From NCBI RefSeq assembly GCF_001949145.1, contig NW_019091360.1, positions 864,137 to 928,136 of the forward strand: 64,000 bases of DNA, given 5' to 3'. The notes under the pieces are model-generated. The model was not told the origin of the DNA, searched no databases, and was given only the letters and a program-made list of their open reading frames with translations. Position numbers and translations under genes: made by a program. Position 1 is the stretch's first letter; every line of letters begins with the position of its first letter. Positions 58,901 through 64,000 of this stretch are shown here, one piece after another. Origin of the DNA: Acanthaster planci (Eukaryota).

Positions 58901-61900
58901 CCCTTCATTATCAAACAGAGTCAGTGCACCTCTGCTCTGTCTCGGTTTTGATAATTGTCAGGAATTCTATCTTATTGTCTGTCATTGAACTTTGAATGTT
59001 TGCCAGGATGTGCAAACATATGATTATTTATAATGTGTTCATGATAGATTTTTAATGTATAATCGAACACAACATACATAGTAACTTAGTAACATAACAA
59101 TAGCCAAGTCTTACATGAATTTACAAAGTTACATTCTGGATTTCTTTGGAACGAGAAGATTTTAATAAAAACAAGACGGAATGGTGCGCAGGAGCTCAGG
59201 CTGAGACCCAAGACTGCAGTGGGTACTTTGCATAATAAAGCATTAGACATGCTACAATGTANNNNNNNNNNNNNNNNNNNNNNNNNNNNNNNNNNNNNNN
59301 NNNNNNNNNNNNNNNNNNNNNNNNNNNNNNNNNNNNNNNNNNNNNNNNNNNNNNNNNNNNNNNNNNNNNNNNNNNNNNNNNNNNNNNNNNNNNNNNNNNN
59401 NNNNNNNNNNNNNNNNNNNNNNNNNNNNNNNNNNNNNNNNNNNNNNNNNNNNNNNNNNNNNNNNNNNNNNNNNNNNNNNNNNNNNNNNNNNNNNNNNNNN
59501 NNNNNNNNNNNNNNNNNNNNNCATGAATAGAGGTGATATGATCAATACACAGACATGTGCCCAACCCTGCATTTATCTCTACATGGTGTATTATGTAAGA
59601 TTATAGAGTGACTTTAGCTGTTCCAATGATGCATTGATTTTTTTTTGTTCGGTGGTGCTCATAGGAAGTCTGGCAAATAATTTAAAAAATCAATCAGTAT
59701 TAAGAAGCCTTTTACATGTTTATATGTATTAGTGAGTTGAAAATCTTCAAATGAAAAGCATGGGTGTGTTAATTGTGGTATATTCTTCCAAAGATGCACC
59801 AAAATGCAACTTGTCATTTTGGTGATAATTTGGCAGACCCTGACTTTGTACATTTGTTGGACATTTGGTTGGCTACCAGTGCAAATCTAAGGAAGTTGAG
59901 CTCATTTAAAGTTTTAAGTAAAAATGTTTGTACCAGATAATTTGATTCCAAAACGTTTCTCAACAAAAAAGAAAAATTCAGCATGTTTTTCAACAGATTT
60001 TATTTAAAGCCACCAGAAAGATCTTCAACAAAAAATGAGCCATGAAGAAATTAGTACAAAATTGATGGAAAGTGATTAGAAAGATTTAGCTCTCTTCATT
60101 TCTTTACTGTTTAAATCACTCCGACTTTACTCCCACAGGTCTCATACATGTACCTATCAACCATTGAAAATAATCTGTAAGCTTGGTTGCATCAAAAGTA
60201 TATAATATTAAAATAGAAATGATGAGTACAACATGCTCGTTGTGAGCGTCACATTTGACAGATTTTTGGTGACGTTCAAGACTTTTAATGGAAGATTCAT
60301 GATGTGCAGCATTACCAAAAAGCTGTCACATGTATTTCTCAAAAATCCCATGCGCAGTTTTCATTTTGCTCTGTTTTGGAGATACCCCTGCTCAGAATTA
60401 CATGTACATCAAAATTAAATACTTAGAGCTGTGATTTGGAAAGATTTCCTTTCGAGAACCCTCAGTACAAAGCAAAAGTGGAATTGGAATGTAGTGAGCA
60501 GTAAGTCGGTACTTATTTTGTGTATATATGTAATTTGAACATCTATAACCCTTAGTAGACTAGTCTGTACCTACTCAGGTTATTGATTACCAGGGTGGTT
60601 GTTAATACCTAGGTAGACCTAACCCAGAAAATTGGTTTCGCACTACAGAATTCACCCTAAAAATATAAGTAAAGCCCTGCCACACTGGACTCTTTTTGGT
60701 CCAACTTGCCAAAACGATGGGTACAGTTTCCTCATTTTAAGTTCAGTGTGGACATACCAGGAACTTTTCCTCTCAATTACTGTAACTGAGTCATGATGTT
60801 ATTTACTGGCCAACTTAAGCCCAGGAAAAATTCCCAGGGTTGTCAGCTTTGTCCAGTGTGTTAACCATAAATTCAAAGCAGATGGCAATTTGCAAATGTG
60901 GACTTACATTTAGCATGTGCAAAATAAAATTACTGGCTGGGATACACTGGTGTCTTCCATTAAAATTATACATGTTATAAATAAACCTACATGTACTATT
61001 ATAACAAGACACCAACTGCCGCAGACATCTGCAGCATGTGCAAGGCTGGGATGGCAGCGCTGTTCAAACTTGATAAACAGCTCAGGATTGGAGCATTCAC
61101 ATTACTGAAGGTAACTGGGGGAATTGTCACAGGGCTATGCACAGGTGACCCTTAGATGGGTGGGTTAACCCACCTAGTGGCATTTTAGGTAATTAACATT
61201 GAGATATTTCAACCCTGTTAAATTTTGGGGGTTAAATTTTTCATGAACCCCTGAGATTACCCGGGTAAGTGCATAGTGCGAAAACTGCTTATTGTCTCGT
61301 AAGCAGGGAGGTACATGTCAGTAGTGTCTCGCACTGTTCCATTGGTGACAATGGTTATGGACATGGCATTCAAAACAAATTATTGTATAACTGACAGCAT
61401 GTAATTAATTTCAACTTAAAGCCTGTGTAGCCTTAAACTTTTGAACCCACAGGAGTGGCAGTCTAGACAGCTACTTGTAGACCAGAGGTCTAGTCCACAG
61501 TTCAATCTGGCTGATGAGTAGAGAAGAACACTACCGGTACACATGTACATGTATCACTCCAGAAAATGATCCTGTACAATTATCCCCTTGCATCATCCTA
61601 CAATAACTCCATTCAAAAGGTTTTCTGACAGAGCACTGACAAACTCTTCACCATGAGTAGATGGGTTGATCAGTGTGTCAGTGTTGTGGTGAAGTGCTGC
61701 ATTCAACAATGATGGACCGCTGTGATGTGTGATATGTAATGTAGTAACACTCAAGGGAGTCATAGCACCTGATGATGCCAAGCCAAAGGTGTTATGCATC
61801 CCTTATGGTGTTACAACATCATGTCGCACTTCACAGAGTCAGTAATTATTTTGTGAATATCTCTCTCCTGTATTGTTTTAATATTTTCTTCTCCCAAAGG

Positions 61901-63826
61901 TCTTAAATTTAATCAAAGCAATGAACATCTTTAATTTAATCAAAGCAATGAGTATCGTGGTCCATTGCTGCCTAGAAAGCCGTACAACAGGCACGGACTT
62001 GACGTGTCACTGTTTCCGTTTGTGTTGGTCACGTATGTCTTCCTCAAAAGCGATGTCTTTGCATTTAAAACCGTTTGTAGGAAAGTCTCTGTGTGGCCTC
62101 AAGCTCAACAGACATTATGTTACTATGGAACTTTCATATGAAGAAACAAACGTTTGACGAAAAGTGCAGCACTCCAACAGCTTATCGTATTGTGTGCCAG
62201 TTCACTGCTCTTGTAGAGTTAACTAGCATCAACTGTATGGTAAAGGTTGCAAAAACACCAATGCATTTGATTTGTGATCCCCCAATTTGATATACATGTA
62301 GATTGTGGAGGAAGGACTAGTGTGTGATATCTTCATGTAATGTTCATTCATGAGGGTGTGCTTTTGTCACCTGGTCTTACTACCATTAATTATCGGTACG
62401 ATTGTGAAGCTTTATCTCTATTCAGATTATCATTTTGAGAGTACTTACAAATTTCCTTGCCTATAAAAAGGGTGTTTGGAACTTGTACTGACAAACCTTG
62501 CAAGGTAGAGGCAGTGAATGTACATGTATCAAGAGTCCAAGATAACACTTATTTTTTTATACTGGTATACACGTAGGTTTTCTGTTTCTCAGTTGAACGT
62601 GAAAATCGACATCAAATTTGTCATCTTTTACTATAACACTTTTTAAACTTGATGCCCAAAACTGTGAACAGGATTAGCATGGACCAGTACAAATTGTGAT
62701 GGACCTGCACTGTCAAGCTGTGTCTGCACTGGTCTTTATGATCAGTAACTGATGTTACACCACAATCTGATCCCCACCCTCAAACCAATATCCACACTGT
62801 GACTTGGTTTTGTTAGACCAATTCTCAGAGTACATGTAGAATACTCTTAAATGTAGATCTGTGTGTTTAGTGAGGAAAAGGACCAACTATCAAATAGCAG
62901 TACCGGTATTTGGTGTCAAATACACCAGAACCCACCCATCCCTATCACCGCCATTGTCAACAAGATTGCTAAATTCACCCATGGTCAATCAGGAAATGTG
63001 TTTTCAACAGCCCCGGCCCCCAAGAAAAAGCCTTCAGTACGCCCCTACATGTATGTTCCTCCTGTTACAGCAATTATTCATTTCATTAATGATGTATATA
63101 TCTTTCTCATTCATAGGGTGCCTCAAAAAACTGGTGGAATCACATGCACTACCAGCACCATGCAAAACCAAATGTGGTGAGTGGCTTATTTAAGTGACTT
63201 GTCAAACAAATCTTTTATCTACTTTTTGCTGCCAACCACTGAAATCCTTTTAACCTCAAAGCCTACCCTTTTCATGTTTCATGCAGATGCCTCCATAGAA
63301 TATAGTGAGGTTAAATTACATGTACATGTGTAGCCAAGGGTGTAGCCTGCTGAAGCCAGTCCAACAAAATATAAGACCTAAAACAGTTCAAACAAACAAA
63401 TCTTCTGTTTGTCATCCGCTAAAAATATGGCAGTACTTTGTATTGAATGAATATCATATTTATGTTAAATATGGCAAAAAGATGCCAATGGTAAGAGTGA
63501 ATGTTCAAGAATCTGGGGAGATTTCAGTTTGTCTGCTCAAAATAAGCACTTTGTGAGGAATGCACCGGTACTTGTAAATTTCAGTTAATGAGATAGTCAC
63601 ACTTTATTGGACTCCACAACCACAAAAAGACAATCGTTTTGTAACCTGCTACCAATCATGTCCTCAACCCGTAATGCCTATCTCCAGATGAATAAGGATC
63701 CTGATGTAAGACTGGAAGCCCTCTTTGTGGTTGGTGAAAACATGCCCAAGAAAGTTGCCAAGAAAGATGCTGCAAAGGGAAAGGCTACCATGCCTTACAA
63801 CCATCAGCATAAGTACTTCTTTATCA
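49970..63826 (+). CDS. FADS2: Front-end fatty acyl-CoA desaturase (FADS1/FADS2-like, delta-5/delta-6), 3'-partial; join(49970..50194,54221..54367,55735..55881,58371..58472,63117..63176,63688..63826)
   Basis: MGKG start, cytochrome b5 domain [35 protein letters not shown], His box 1 [14 protein letters not shown], His box 2 [15 protein letters not shown], then KDPDV and [11 protein letters not shown]. All introns are GT-AG and in phase. The third (QxxHH) box would lie beyond the window. FADS1 versus FADS2 orthology and regiospecificity cannot be resolved from sequence. Confidence 0.95.
51170..51232. repeat. Tandem repeat, 4 x 16 bp (GTACAGGAAACCCCCC)
   Basis: Four consecutive units; the last is one C shorter. 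Confidence 0.9.
53877..54135. mobile_element. MITE with ~26-bp TIRs (CCTRGGCCCAAT.TCAT...)
   Basis: CCTAGGCCCAATGTCATGATGCTGCT and AGTAGCACCATGAAATTGGGCCCAGG. Confidence 0.7.
54601..55335. other. Assembly gap (N run)
   Basis: 735 Ns inside a desaturase intron. Confidence 1.
59262..59521. other. Assembly gap (N run)
   Basis: 260 Ns inside a desaturase intron. Confidence 1.
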
Positions 63827-64000
63827 GTAAGTCACTCCTGTTACAACCCCTGAAACTTTGTAGTTGTTGCATTTTGTCTGGGATCCATTTGCCGCTGAAA
63901 TTTCAAGCAGATGAAATTGTTAATCTGTTTGGCTCACTGTGTTTTCCCTAAACTTGTTATTTTGCTTTTTTAAACTTCCCACAAAATGCCGAGTATTGCT

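Overview
AT-rich eukaryotic genomic DNA with GT-AG introns, from an invertebrate animal. The repeat families resemble those of marine deuterostomes such as sea stars, but that is inference only. Five spliced genes can be reconstructed by hand. (1) The last six coding exons of an SLC4 Na+-coupled bicarbonate transporter (+, 28-4512), ending in a PDZ ligand ETSV, with a probable ~6 kb 3'UTR. (2) A convergent LRRD1-type leucine-rich-repeat plus death-domain gene (-, 14282-17197), with a probable upstream exon near 18620. (3) A divergently transcribed C2H2 zinc-finger gene (+, 23919-25979) that joins a non-Ikaros, non-Hunchback six-finger array to an Ikaros/Hunchback-type C-terminal dimerization finger pair. 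(4) A complete 10-exon WDR4/Trm82 gene (+, 31023-44040, 441 aa). (5) The 5' part of a cytochrome-b5-fused front-end fatty acyl desaturase (+, from 49970 or 49203), which runs off the window. Non-coding DNA holds a decayed CR1/L2-type LINE, two SINE copies, a Helentron-like non-autonomous element, several tandem repeats, two assembly gaps and many MITEs with readable TIRs and TSDs. The most notable items are the chimeric zinc-finger architecture, a 3-4-layer nested foldback structure in WDR4 intron 1, and a perfect 40-bp palindrome with an 8-bp TSD in the WDR4 promoter. I found no CRISPR array, rRNA, tRNA or clearly new multi-gene system. All alignments were done by eye and no database searches were run.
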